A stretch of 64,000 bases of DNA from Curvularia clavata (Eukaryota), in contig CP089275.1 of NCBI GenBank assembly GCA_023920165.1, forward strand, positions 806,001-870,000, given 5' to 3'. The notes under the pieces are model-generated. The model was not told the origin of the DNA, ran no database searches, and was given only the letters and a program-made list of their open reading frames with translations. Made by a program: the position numbers and the translations under genes. Shown here one piece after another: positions 50,301 through 62,752 of the stretch (position 1 is its first letter; each line of letters starts with the position of its first letter).

Positions 50301-53300
50301 AAATATGAGATTTACCTTCTGATTACTCCATCTACCAACGAAAACGAATAGTTCAGCTTTAGGATCTTCTTCTAAACCAGCCCACTTTTGAGCCTGCACC
50401 CGAAGATCACCACGGCTTGCTTCGTAGGCTGCATCTACAGTGATCTCTTCATTCTCCTTCTGCGGTTCTAAAGGAGCAGTATCGCTGGGATCTGGGTTTG
50501 GCAGTCTACCAATCTCCTTCAGACCCCAGAAGATAGGATAGCGAGCATACGATCGTTTACCATATTTGTTAGATACACCGACAGCGCCAAACCCGCGTTG
50601 ATGGATACGGAGATAGCTTGCACCAGCGTGCAAAAGATTAAAGACCTCGCCAAATTGGACATACTTTTCAACGATGGAAGGTTCAAGATCGTAAACGCGG
50701 CATACTTCATCTCGCTCCTTTGGTGTGCGCATTGGCCATAATCCCTGGAACTCTGCGTTGTGAAGGGAGAGAGCACAAGGGACGGTCTTGCCTTTGGATA
50801 GTAGGTACAATGGCGCCGCCGCACCATGATAGTCATTGATATGGTACAGGTCGATGGGAAATCTTTCCATAGTTTGGGCGATGCAGGCGTTCCAAGCGCT
50901 ATAGTATACAGCAGAATCAAGATCATCCATACGGGGTGGGTAAGGCTCGGACTTAGTTTGTTGTCGGAAGATCGGAGCATCCAGCAACACATATGTGATG
51001 TTGTTGAGCTTATGATATTGGACCTGTATCTCATATTCAGTGTCGAGAATAGTGACTGTCATTGGCTCTGCCGGTGTATCGACAGGATAGTCAACCCCAC
51101 CGACACATGGAACGACCCATATTAAGTCCTGATGAGGCAAGTTCTTTCCCATAAGCTGTGCCATCACACCTAGACCACCGATCTTTATCTTGATTGCCCA
51201 GTCTTCAATGTCGTATTCCATGGTGGCAATGAGGATCATCGGCCTTTTCTTACTCCCGCCGTTGTTATCGACAGACGCAGTGACAGTGACCAAGGGAGAC
51301 GGATCTCGCAACCGTGTAAGGCCAAATCTTTGAGTTAACCGTTTCTTGTCAATGTGCTCGTCAGACTCAATACGTTCGAATTTGTGGTCTCTGCGCCAAA
51401 AAGCCAGAAACGAGAAAAAGGCGAGACTCTGCTTGCTCACACCAATCTGGTTGAACTTGACGCCGTAGAAGGCGCCCTTGTATATCGAGATACTGATCAC
51501 AGCAGTCGCCACTGGCAGACACCAGAGAAGAGCGAACAAGATCAACTGGATGAATCGGTTTCCCGTGTAAACGAACTTGTAGCCCAGAGTGGTATCGTCG
51601 ATCTCTATGCGGTAAGCTAGGTATGGCCGAGGTGGCAGAGTAGACATGTTCAGCACGTTTTTGGCAAGAGAATCAGGAGGCAGTCGGTCCATGACACCAT
51701 CATTGTCAACATCACCAAAGACAAATCCTGCGTCGGCTTTACCATCCGGATTCATGCCCCAGACATTGACTTGGGTGACCGAAGGCCATTCGGTCATGAT
51801 GTGTAGCTTCCACTTCCTGTCTTTGTTCAGATCGAATGCATTTTTGATGCCGGCATCAAAACCATATTGGTTGTAGGGTCCATGAGCAAAAAGATGTGGA
51901 AACCGTCTCGGTTGACCGGCATAATTTGCATCGACGTGCTGAACATGATCACTGCTTCCGGTCATACGGTTCCAGTATTGAATAATGACGTGCTCACCCT
52001 TCCACTGCTGACGTTTGGTGCCCGACCAGGGTTGCTTCGGAAGGTCGCTACTACCGCCTTTGTAGTCCTGCCATTCGCTCCAAGTGGATGCCCAATTAGT
52101 AGAGTATCTCCATTTGTTAGCGCCTGGGGCAACGTGGGTGAGGTGTAACCCTTTCGAGTCTTGTTTGAGAATGCCAGTGGTGTAGTTTGCAAGACGCGGA
52201 AAGACCATAGGGTTATTTTTGGCCCCTATGCGGATCATGAAACGGTCATTTGCATTGGTGAAACGTTCCTTGTCCTTCGTAGTGGCGTTCTTGATAGTAA
52301 TGGTGTGGATACCGTGTGAGAGATCCTTCAGTGTGGCTTTCCAGCTCCACTTCGAAACAGCACCACCAATAAGAAGAGAATCTCCTGGTGAGATATCGGC
52401 ACAGTCAATAGAGTTTTCATCCACCGCTGCAGTGAAGTCATTCTCGGTATCAGAAGTAACAACGATATTGCCTATCATTGAATCGCAGTCCATTGCTTCG
52501 GAGAACTGAAACTCGACGTCCAGGGAATCATGTTCTTGTGGCGTCTTCTTCGATTCGATCTGAGCGTCATGGCCCGGCAGAAATTTTGTGATGACAGGTA
52601 TTGGCTCCAACCAACTGGTCTTTGGCACGTATGCCCGAAAGTCAAACGCCTTCATGTCAATCTCATCGATACATCCATTGAACTCTGTGGAGCCATGAAT
52701 GCCCAAGCCGGTAGAGCTGTTCTCAAGCTGGATTTCATCATACGGAGCGAAGAGATTTTTGACAGTTGTTCCAGCGTCGAACGGCGAAACAATAGCTTTG
52801 TCCTTTGATTCGCAATCAAATTTGTACTTGATATCGTGATCTTCGTTGGAGTAGACGAGCCATATTTGTGAAGGGCTCGTTCCTTCAGTCATATTCTGCA
52901 CCCCTGGGTACTGGTCTCTCATAACACTCCACATCCCAAATTCTGATTTTGTTTCATTTGAGCCTGGCAATTGTACCAGACGGGTCTGATTAGATAGCGA
53001 TTGGAGAAAGTAGCCATCGTTGAGGACTGGATACTGGGTGCGCCGATGATACATGTTCTTGATGATGTTGTGGACAGGGTGCGAGGGGTCGCGATGGTCC
53101 TGGCTGACAGCATCATCGTGACATCCCTCAAGTCCTGCTTCGATTGGCATGTCGCGGTACTGAGAACTACCAATTCGATAACAACCATGGTTCTGCCAGC
53201 CCAGTGCAGATGAAATTGGCTGCCGACCAAAGATGTAGTTGGAGGCGGTGCTGTCAAGAACATAGAATGCCTGCTCTTCACCCCAAAGCAATTTCGGAAT

Positions 53301-54962
53301 GCCTGGCATATGGATTGTGGTAACAAAAAGACCGAGCAACATTCTACTAGTACCTTGCTTGATGGCAGGCCAGCGAAAGACATCCTGATGTTGTTAGCTT
53401 TGCACTCGAAAAGGGGTCTTGAGAAAGGTTATGGAAAACATACCTGGTTCGTTACTCCATACATATGCCGGGGGTCAAACTCTCCACTCTCGGCGTTGAT
53501 GAGGTCATTTGTTGTGAGAATTGTATTCCAAGCGTCAACAAAGTTGACGGGCACATCGTAACCTGCAGCAAGGTTGCCATCTAGTCCGAGGAATCGGGTA
53601 AGCGATCGGTAGACGCTGTAATGGAATGCAGCTCCATCTAAAGCCTGTTTCCCATTTGGTCGCAGGAAATATTTGTCATCTGAGTTATTTGTAAGGGTGA
53701 CAGCTTTCGTGATATTCTCTGGGACCTGATCAGGTTGTCTGCCGCGTCCAAGGTAGATGGAAGCGAAGCTGTTGCCCCCCGTGATCTCGCCTGGCATGAA
53801 GAAGTTGTCCTTCCCATACTTTCGTGCACATTGACGGACATAATTGCCGAACTCAGCCTGAGCTTCGACAGTAATCTGTGTCGCCTTATCGAATCGGAAG
53901 CCATCGATATCCAGCATCGAGATTGTTATGCATGAGAAGTGCTGGATCTTCTCTCGTACCGACGGGACCCATTCTCGCAAGCGGTCTTGAACGGAGGCAA
54001 ACTTGGAAAGTTGACGCTGCCAGTCAGGAAACACGCCGAAGGCTTCAGTATCGCCATACTACACAGCATATTATGTTAGCATAGTGAATATGCTACAAAA
54101 GCCGTCACGTACCTGATCAAACTCGCTATTGTAGCACCCAACGAGGGCATCAAATTTTGCACTCGAGCCTCTAAGCACAGGAAGCCCAGATTCATTCCAG
54201 AACTTTGGGTATTCGCATTTGTCCTTGTAATCATTGCTGAATGAGAAGTCTTGATATCGGCGGCTCGATTTCCACTGTACTTTGTGCTCCTTTGGCTCAA
54301 AAGGCGCGGTCTTGTTGAGAAAGCCCTCGAAGCCAATAAGATCTCCCATCCTTCAATCAAATCAGTACGAGTGGATAGTCAGGTTCTGCATTACGTACGT
54401 CGACATTGTATGATCTAATATGACATACATTCCCCGCTCATGAATGGCATGTACTGCTGCTCGCCACGCCGCGATATCCCCAAAGTGTTTGTCGAGAAGT
54501 GTTAAGTCAAGAGGGGAGTATGAGTCTGCTTTCCATGGACTGTTGATGAAAGGCGAACCAGCAATGTAGATGCCCTTTGAAGTCAATATGAATCCAAATC
54601 AAGCTATAGTTATTTACCTTGACACCCAGACCCTGGATATAATCCAAGCTATCAACTAATCCCACCAGGTCCCCTCCATGTCTCAATTGATTACTCTGCG
54701 GGTCCTTTTCGTACACAGTTCCATTGATGTCATCATTCGTCGGGTCACCGTTCACAAATCTATCCAGGAACAAAGTGTAGAAGGGAAATCGCCAATTTTT
54801 TGGTGATGGGTGGAATTCGTGGTCTTTCCATTCACCCGAATAATCGACGGGGTTTTCTGCTGTTTCATTCTCATTGAGATTGTGCAGCACAAATTGTCTA
54901 TCATATCTCAAGCAATGAACAAAAGTGACCAAGGAAAATTGAAGGATAATGTGCGGCAGCAT
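47305..54962 (-). CDS. ags: Cell-wall alpha-1,3-glucan synthase (GH13 amylase-like + GT5 + multi-TM); multi-exon
   Basis: Signal peptide, NWRFPFYTLFLDRFVNGDPTND, DGFRFDKA, MEYDIEDWAIKIKIGGLG, GRWSNQKG, SRDEPFGLVAVEFG, and C-terminal FFRKEQLSKP. Confidence 0.97.
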
Positions 54963-56539
54963 ATCGAAAGAGAATGGTCGAAGGAGGTTTGAGGTAGATA
55001 CAGCAGGGAGCGGCGCTGCCTCATGTGCTTTATCTCAAAATTCCCGCGGAGACAAGGGACAGTCACAGCCTCTTTGATAATGGGAGGGCTGTGTTTGAGA
55101 CACCAAATATTCTTGATATGCGGGCACCGGTGAATGCTGAAGTGACTGCAGTGTTGAGCAGTCTAAAATAGCGTTCCGCAGCATATCGTTCGAGATAATC
55201 GTTCTCTCCTATGGTCACCGCATAAACAATAGCTCAGCCTCTGGTATTCCCATGATAGATGCAGCATCCTAGAGCCCTATTAGTCGCTCAGTGGACGATA
55301 CAGCGGTCAATGACGGTAATGCGGCTGAATGTACTGATGATTGATATCATCATGTGATGGGAAAGCTTATGCTATGGGTGAATCTGACAACTTCACAAAG
55401 TGATTTCTTTGGGAAAATATCAAATCATAGGTTCGCGGATGGAGTGGTTGCAGCAAATGGCTTAAGGCTGAGATTCTTACTACAGTGCTAGTTCGGCAAT
55501 GCGTTTGCACCAGAGCGAGCAGCTTGGAGCCTTGTTGCTCTTCACCAAAATGGCGGAGCTGAAACAGCTACCCAACTATCTTACTGGCTACATTGCCAAG
55601 CTAACGTAGTTCGCGCATGTGTAGCTGAGCTCTAGCTTCACCTCAGCTGAGTTTAGCTGAACTAAGTTGTTACAACAGATAGAAGCATTCCATAGATGCA
55701 ATACAGCAATGAAATCTAGTGCTTTTCTGTTACAAGCACCAATTGGAAAGACCTCTCACCTTACTAACATCGAGGAGTTGAGGGGAGCCGCTCGGGTTCA
55801 CGTTGGAAGTGATGATCATCGTGGGCTTTAGTGCGGGACACCTTTTAGCCACAACATGTACCTTTCGCCTCAGTTCTGAACACCCTCACTCGGGATGTAC
55901 ACTCCGTTCCCAACTTCCGTCGCCATCGTAGAGTTTTATCTCTATCATGGTCATCCCTTCGATCCTCAAGCCCAGATTGAAGTTCTGGATAACTTTAATC
56001 CCCCTGTCTCTTATAACTTTTCTTGTCGCTGCCCTACTTCTATGAATCAAGAATCTCAACAAAAATAATGTGTCCGCTATCATGGAGGTGGCTTGGAGTA
56101 GTGCGATTGTAGCGGCGCTACTGCGTTTTGCATCGTTGTCAGTTCCCGTTCTACTCTGATTTTGGGGGGATACTCTTTCTGTGACGCTAGGAAGTCGATG
56201 GAAGCATTATGAAAGTCAATTCCGAAACAAGCTTACTGCAGAGAACTTTCACACAGAACATCAAATTCACGTGAAAAGTGAAAGAGAATTTGCTGACTGT
56301 AATCTTTTAGTGCAATGCGCCACATTGCAAGCTCAGCCTTGAAAGGGTGCTCCTACTGGGAGAGAGGTGCCAATCATAATCAGAATCAAAAGAATCAAAA
56401 GAAGACAAAGTTTTGACAGGCCACTTGAGGGTGCCCTTCATGCCGTCAAAATCGATGGTCAGCATGAGCACAAAGCGCTTTCGTCTCCATGGGGAGAAAT
56501 CATCTCACACTCACCGTACTTATGACGCTAGATGGCAAG

Positions 56540-56730
56540 AACGGCGGTCAAATTAGACATGAGCTGGACATTGTCTTACGATATCATCGCAGACCTGACG
56601 AAGACACGAGCCTCTGGGTCAATCTCATGAGTATCGCCCAAGCCAATGAAAGTAAAAGAACTCGCCAGATCAGTTCCATAGGTCAAATCTGCAAGTGCGC
56701 TGCATCGGCGGTGACATGTTTCAGCAGGTG
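56540..56730 (+). pseudogene. Short degenerate HET-domain fragment
   Basis: IRHELDIVLRYHRRPDEDTSLWVNLMSIAQANESKRTRQISSIGQICKCA parallels the HET core NL..ALR.LR.....LWVDAICINQ.D..ER..QV..MG.IY..A. Confidence 0.6.
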
Positions 56731-57854
56731 TCAAGTCTACAGAATCTTGCACAAAAGAGATAAAAATGCTGATCATATACTGACTTTTGAGAGTACTGGC
56801 AATAATTTAAACATAAACTGACTAGTCGCGGTGCAGTCGGATGTCACAAGGGAGATTTTGGTCATAATGCAAGCGTCAGAACTGCAAGGTTGCTATTGGT
56901 GGACTTCGGACAATTGTTCGATAATAATTACTCTTCTCTTCATGAAATGCAAAAATATTAAGTCCAAGCGAGAGCGCTTAAAGGCGGTTGGGATAGCAGA
57001 GATACGGCATTCCGAAGTACATGGCACATGTACCTGTGACTAGCCATTTCAGGCTTGCAATAGGAGGATTAACTCGAACTCGGTAGACTGTATTTGGCGA
57101 CGGATCCCGAGGATAAAATCTTTACGCTTGAAGGCCCCCTCACGATCAAACATTGCGGCTCGCACTGCTGTGCTAGCTTGGTAAATCTATCTCTCAGAGT
57201 TGCTGATATTTTGCTAGAGCCAAGACAACCCTCTTAATGTAGAGCGCTACAGGTGAACAAGAGGACTGCACTGATGTCTGCCGAGAGAATGTCAGAAGCA
57301 CCGACCAGCAGCGCTGCGACGCTGGTTGGAAATGGCCCCCTGTCAATGCCTGGAATGCCAACTAGCGCACAAGATTTAACAGATAAACTGCTGTCGAAGA
57401 ACTGCCTGATCACTGTGATCTGACCAATGAGTGAGCTTAGATCTAAAAGTAAGTAGAGCTCGTAGTAATAATAGCTTTCAATTCCCTGATCTTTGTCCCA
57501 ACACGTTCCTAGGCTCGATTTTGCCACAACTATAATGGAGTAAGATGTCTATAGCGGGAGAGGGAATATTCTTAGCAAATGCACTGTTAAGTGTCACGCG
57601 CACAAGTACATCTTCCCTTGTCTTCGCCTCGGCGATAACATGGCTCTTGGGACCGACGATACATGACCCACCAACTAGTGGGTTATGATCTCCCATCCGG
57701 CTTTGGCCAAATGGATGCTAGAGCAGGTGGTCTTTTACTTCCAGTTTTACAGAAGAGGCGATATGAATATGTATTACTACTTTCCTGAAACCCTAGTCAA
57801 GGCCATCCGTACTTCTTTCATTCCCATTGGCCTTGGTTTTGAAAAGTAGATCGC

Positions 57855-59026
57855 CTATTTGCCTTTCCATGTACCTACAACGCAAGACGTGACCAATGAA
57901 GTGTCCTTCCACTTACCACCACTCTGCGTGGGTGTTTCAGTAAGCTCGTATGTAGCATCGAAGCCACCAGCAGACCAGGTAGTGTAGCCGAGGTAAACGT
58001 CAGAGTTTGAGCTATAAGAGTTAGTGAAAATGCTTTCATCATCCTAGGAGAACTTACTTCAAAAACTGCAATTCTTGGCAGAGGTACTGTTGGCAGCTGG
58101 CCGTGTTTCCACCACCAGTTTCAGAGACAAAAGCCTTGCGGCCGTTCTGCCTCAGCCAAGTGGCGAGCGGCTGGAACGCATTGTCGATGTTGTTCTTAAC
58201 ACACTCGGTGTGTGTGCCAGAGTTGTCGCTATCAAGGTACTTGTGCACATCCATGATTAGGTTATCCTTTGAGCCATTAGGGTTCTTCACATTGTTGAGT
58301 GCCGCTGCGGAGCCAGAAGAGACAAAAGTCTCTGCACTGGTGTAGCCCTGGCCGGGAAGCAAGATGAGGTTGTTCTGGGCACCTGCGTTACGGATCGCGG
58401 TCACAACAGTCTGCACAGTAGTGGCCCAGCGGTTAATGTCGGGGATGTCCTGTAGCCTATCATCAGCTTGTGAAATATTGTCAAAGACAAGTACCGCGAC
58501 TTACATGGGGCTCATTCATGACACCAAAAGCAATCTGGGAATGACTGCCGTACTTCTGGGCAAGTTGCTTCCACACATCTGCCAGCTGCGCGTCGGCTGG
58601 ACCGCCCTGACCTACAATTTGGCCGTTCCATCTTGCGTAGTTGTGAATGTCGAGAATACACAACTGGGCACCAGAATTCAAACAACCTTGGACAAGGCTA
58701 TCATACTGGGCGGCGTTGTTCGAGTCCAGCTTACCACCAAGCTGGTTGTTAAGCAAAAACTGCCATCCAACAGGTAGACGAAAGGCGTTGAGGGTATCAT
58801 CCTTCACAAAGTGGTTCATTTGCCCAATGCCGGTACCGCCACTAATGAAATTATATGGCTTATTAGTTCCAGTCAAAGCACAGCTACCGTCAGTAGTGCA
58901 GCCGAAATCGAACCCGGCCATGTTCACACCAGCGTACTTGACTTTTGAAGCTCGGGGCGAAACATTGGTAGGGGCAGCAACCACCAGAGTTGACCCGGCG
59001 AGGGCGGTGATTAGTGTGGTCTTCAT
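57855..59026 (-). CDS. GH5 (subfamily 5-like) endo-beta-1,4-glucanase without CBM1; 3 exons
   Basis: Signal peptide, GVNMAGFDFGC, LDIHNYARW, MNEPH (acid/base), DVHKYLDSDNSGTH, SETGGG (nucleophile), and WSAGGF. Confidence 0.95.
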
Positions 59027-61572
59027 GATTTCGCGGCTCAAAATCTTCGGTCGAGTATGAGTAACTTGAGAAGTAGGGAAAAAGTGGAAGGGTTGAGTTG
59101 CTCTGCTGCTTGAGTAGAGTTATGAGCCTTTTATATGGACATGTGGCATTGTGATCTTTTCTGCCATCTATTACCCAAACTCCCGCGGACGTGCTATGCG
59201 TACTTTGAGAGCGCGGACATCGCATTACGTTGCTAAGTGCATTTCTCTTCTAACCTGTCTAAGTGAGCCACCGGTAAATTGATTACTAGCCACATTGGGC
59301 AATTGACAAGTCGGAGGTGGACATTATAAGATTATCAGGTACAACTAGGTAAGGGTCCTGGCTTTTTTTATTGGGTTCTGACCCTGACTGAGGTCACAAG
59401 GTGTTATATTATGTGGGGCATGAAAGGCGGACCAGCGAAGACTTCCCTTGGAAAGCTTGGTCACGCTTCGAGAAGCTTGGGAACCGTAAATTGATTGACC
59501 TTAGTCGCAATTTGGAACGGATCTTCCCAAATATGAACAAGGACCGTAGCTAAGACCACGAGGCTGGCACGTTGAAACTGCTAGTGCATCTACTAGACTG
59601 GTGGACTTGAAAACATTCGGCTTAAACCCGGGGTAATCGCAATCACCAACGCAAAGGCCTACTGGTGAATACGAGTCATGAAGAACATTGTAGGCGTATT
59701 CAACTGTACAGAATATTGGTTATACTGGACACCGACCTTGTCATGAGCATATCCGCCAAAGATGATGCATGAATTGACATTGTTAGCAAATTCGATTGCT
59801 TCATAATCGGCAGTCTTCCAAGCGTTCGCAGTGCGACCAAGCGCTAAGGTTTGACGCTTGGCTAAAATGCCGGGCCGTAGATCCACTACGAACAGTAATA
59901 CCGAAATCGATCGATTCGCATCAATCATATCGATGCTGTCCCCACCTGGTTTTGAAGAAAGTGCGGTAGTCATGGATCGTTGTGCCGTCGGCAGTTCGGG
60001 ACGCTGGAGCAAAGTATACAGTGGCAATATTTGCAGCGGGAGTGACGTGGCTCTTACTGTCTTCGATCCGACCACAAATGGGTATTTCATAGTCGCATCC
60101 CACGGCGATTATTCGAATCCAAATTTTATGTCAACGGCACCTATTACAGATTAGAGCAGCTTAATCACTGGCAGCTTATAAGCACGAAGTGAGCATCGTA
60201 GCCACGTACTAGTTCTTGGTGGGATTCGCTAATCGGCCGGTGGGGGAGAATATTGGCGAGAAGGCACTCCGTACAGCTTCCCATATCCGTGAGTGTATAC
60301 ACTTTTGTTTGCCCCAGGTAAGTGCAAAGGTCTTTTATGTTTCACGTGGATGCAGCGAATAGTCGATGTTCATGATAATGACACATTCTCTCACCACTGA
60401 GAACCAGTCTTACATCTCGGAAAGGTGGACTGTTTGAATAGAATACTTAGTCAGTTGTATGTTGATCGCAGATGATCTTGGAGATCTCTGTATTCACATA
60501 ACCCAAAATTTCCTATCAAGCCTATCATATCAGTGGTTTTGGTTCTTCCGTTTCTTTGCACGACGACGAGGGTCAAGCCACGACCTTTTGCGTCACTCGG
60601 CCTTGGACCAAAAAGCGATTGATGATTCCATAGTCTCCCAATCTCTGCAGCTGCCTCCGCATTTTGCCTTGTTACTAGGACCATCCCGAAGGACCTTCCC
60701 ACTCAAACCAGATATTGTAACAAGACGGGAAATGACAGCTCCGTTTTGCCACCTATCAAACGCACGTCGGGAGTGAAGACAACCCCATGCATCTCTAGAG
60801 CCTGTTGAACCTAGGATGATCTAAACTTCAAAACTGGGATGAAGTTCTCATAATATATCTCCATTTCATCCCTGAGCAGTCTAGATAGGCAATAAGCTGC
60901 CTACATGTATGCCTTTGTGTTTGACCGTGGTGTCTCCTCCTGAATAGAGTCAAGCCATCGCTCGCCGCGCACCTCGAAACATGTTAATCCTTAGATGGAT
61001 CTGTACTATGTTTTCCTCATTGTCGCTCCTTGATACTCATAGCATCGCCAAGAGTAGTCGATGACAATCTTTGTATTGCAGTGCTTGGTCAAGACCCCTA
61101 GCTATGCAAACCTACGTGCCGCCGCCGGGACGAAGAGCATATGTCAAGATGGGCTCACCTGTGTCGAGTGCTTCCTGCACGTGTCTGCGGGCACTGTGGT
61201 CAGTCATCGGAAGAGCGATAAAGTCGAGAAGCCATTGAACGGGCAACGCGAGAAGAGGAGCTAGAGGAAAATGGATGACAGGATATATAGACGAGCAGGT
61301 TGCATCCTTGGGGACTGCATCCCGCGGGGCTGCAAGTATATGCACGTGAGTGGTGCCATGGCATGTAGCCAATCAGCAGCTCGATGATGTCGCTGACAAC
61401 GACGTCAGCAGCCCAATCCCTGCAAACCTGGGGTAGCTTCGAAGCCACCCCACCTGCGCCCATACAAGCTGTCGCACTTGTTGCATTCTCTTCTGCCCCA
61501 AAGATAATCTGCCCAAGTCACCGCAAGCCCACGTACCTACACAACTGCCCGTAACAGCTTCATCGTTTCAAA

Positions 61573-62128
61573 ATGTCCTGCCCAGTCATCGGAACCACCA
61601 ACGATGTCCTCCCTCCAAACCACCCCTCAGTAGACCTCAGCAAGGATGGGCAGACTGTATGCAGCCTCGAAAGAAGCTCCCCAAAGCGAGGCACCTCACT
61701 AACAACACACACAGTGCCCTGTCGTAGGCGCGACGACGGACCACCATCACAACTTGCACACGCACCCTCCAGTCCCCACCAACCATACCACTGCAACCGA
61801 ATGTCCCGCGCTCAAGAACAACGTCATCAACCAACCGCAAGCCAAGGCCATGGACGATGCTCTGTGTCCCGTTGTAGGCACTGCCACCACTGTGTTGCCC
61901 CCCGACCACCCAGACATGCTCAAGGCAAACGAGGGCGACGTATGCCCTGTTACCAAGGCAACAGTGGGACACCACAAAGACAAGGTTGTTACGCATCCGA
62001 CCGTAGAGGGCGCCAAGGAAGGCGCTGTCTGTCCAGGTATGTAATACAAAGTTGTGAACATTTGTGGCTTCGACAAACTGACTCGGCTGCCTCCATGTTT
62101 AGTTACGGGACAAAAGCAGCTTGCTTAG
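61573..62128 (+). CDS. Small (143 aa) two-repeat protein with six Cys-Pro motifs and many His; putative heme/metal-binding
   Basis: Exons 61573-61656, 61715-62036 and 62103-62128 total 432 nt, with GTATGC/GTATGT donors and CTAAC/CTGAC branch points. CPV occurs five times and CPA once. Confidence 0.85.
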
Positions 62129-62299
62129 GCATCCTTGTCCAGGCTGACCAAGGGCCCTGCTGTATAACTGGCGTTTGGGTAGGATATGAGAAATATATTT
62201 CTGTGAATTCATCCGGTTGTGCATGCCTACGCATGTCTCTTGACTATTTTCAGATGCATCTATGGTGACAAGTGTGAATGCTGGGGTAGGAACTGGCAC

Positions 62300-62752
62300 C
62301 ATAGCCATGTGTACGATTGCCAGTGGAACAATGCTGGTAGAAACAGAATCCCCCTCCCCGCGAACTGGACCTGGTTCGAGCTCACCTTGGGAAGTGGGCC
62401 AAACACGGTCGGTTCTAAATACTCGATCTGGTTTATACCTTTCGGGAACACTACCAAGGGAATTGCGACTGTGCGCAAGGAAATTGGCGAGCAAACAGTG
62501 ATACCAGCCACCTTTGTTGAAACGGGCAAGAGATGGATTTCGAAGAACACCAAAGCTAGTTATGCGCAGGCCTGGACCATTTCACTGGCCAGTGGTCTGA
62601 CTCTGGATATCAAGTCTTTTACGGGAGACCAAGAACTTTGGTCGGCTGATTTGTCTACCGTTGCATTCGAAGGGTTTGTTGAAGTACAGGGAAACAAGAA
62701 TGGTAAACCAATTAGCGGATTTGGATTGGTAGAGATACTACCACGTCTCTAA
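62300..62752 (+). pseudogene. C-terminal fragment of a kievitone-hydratase/CrtC (AttH, lipocalin-like) protein
   Basis: YDCQWNN (canonical YDRQW), NWTWFEL, YSIW, ATVR, DQEL, AFEGFV and GFGLVE. There is no room for the N-terminal half because the upstream gene ends at 62128. Confidence 0.7.

Noticed and set aside
59659..60154. Overlapping ORFs on both strands upstream of the GH5 gene, plus GGCTAG/GGCTAAA XlnR-like sites (59286, 59860)
   Set aside because: No identifiable domain, and two hexamer matches are expected by chance.
61573..62128. Repeat protein considered as a fungal RiPP (dikaritin/KEP) precursor
   Set aside because: No signal peptide, no KR-delimited cores, and no DUF3328/UstYa gene in the window.
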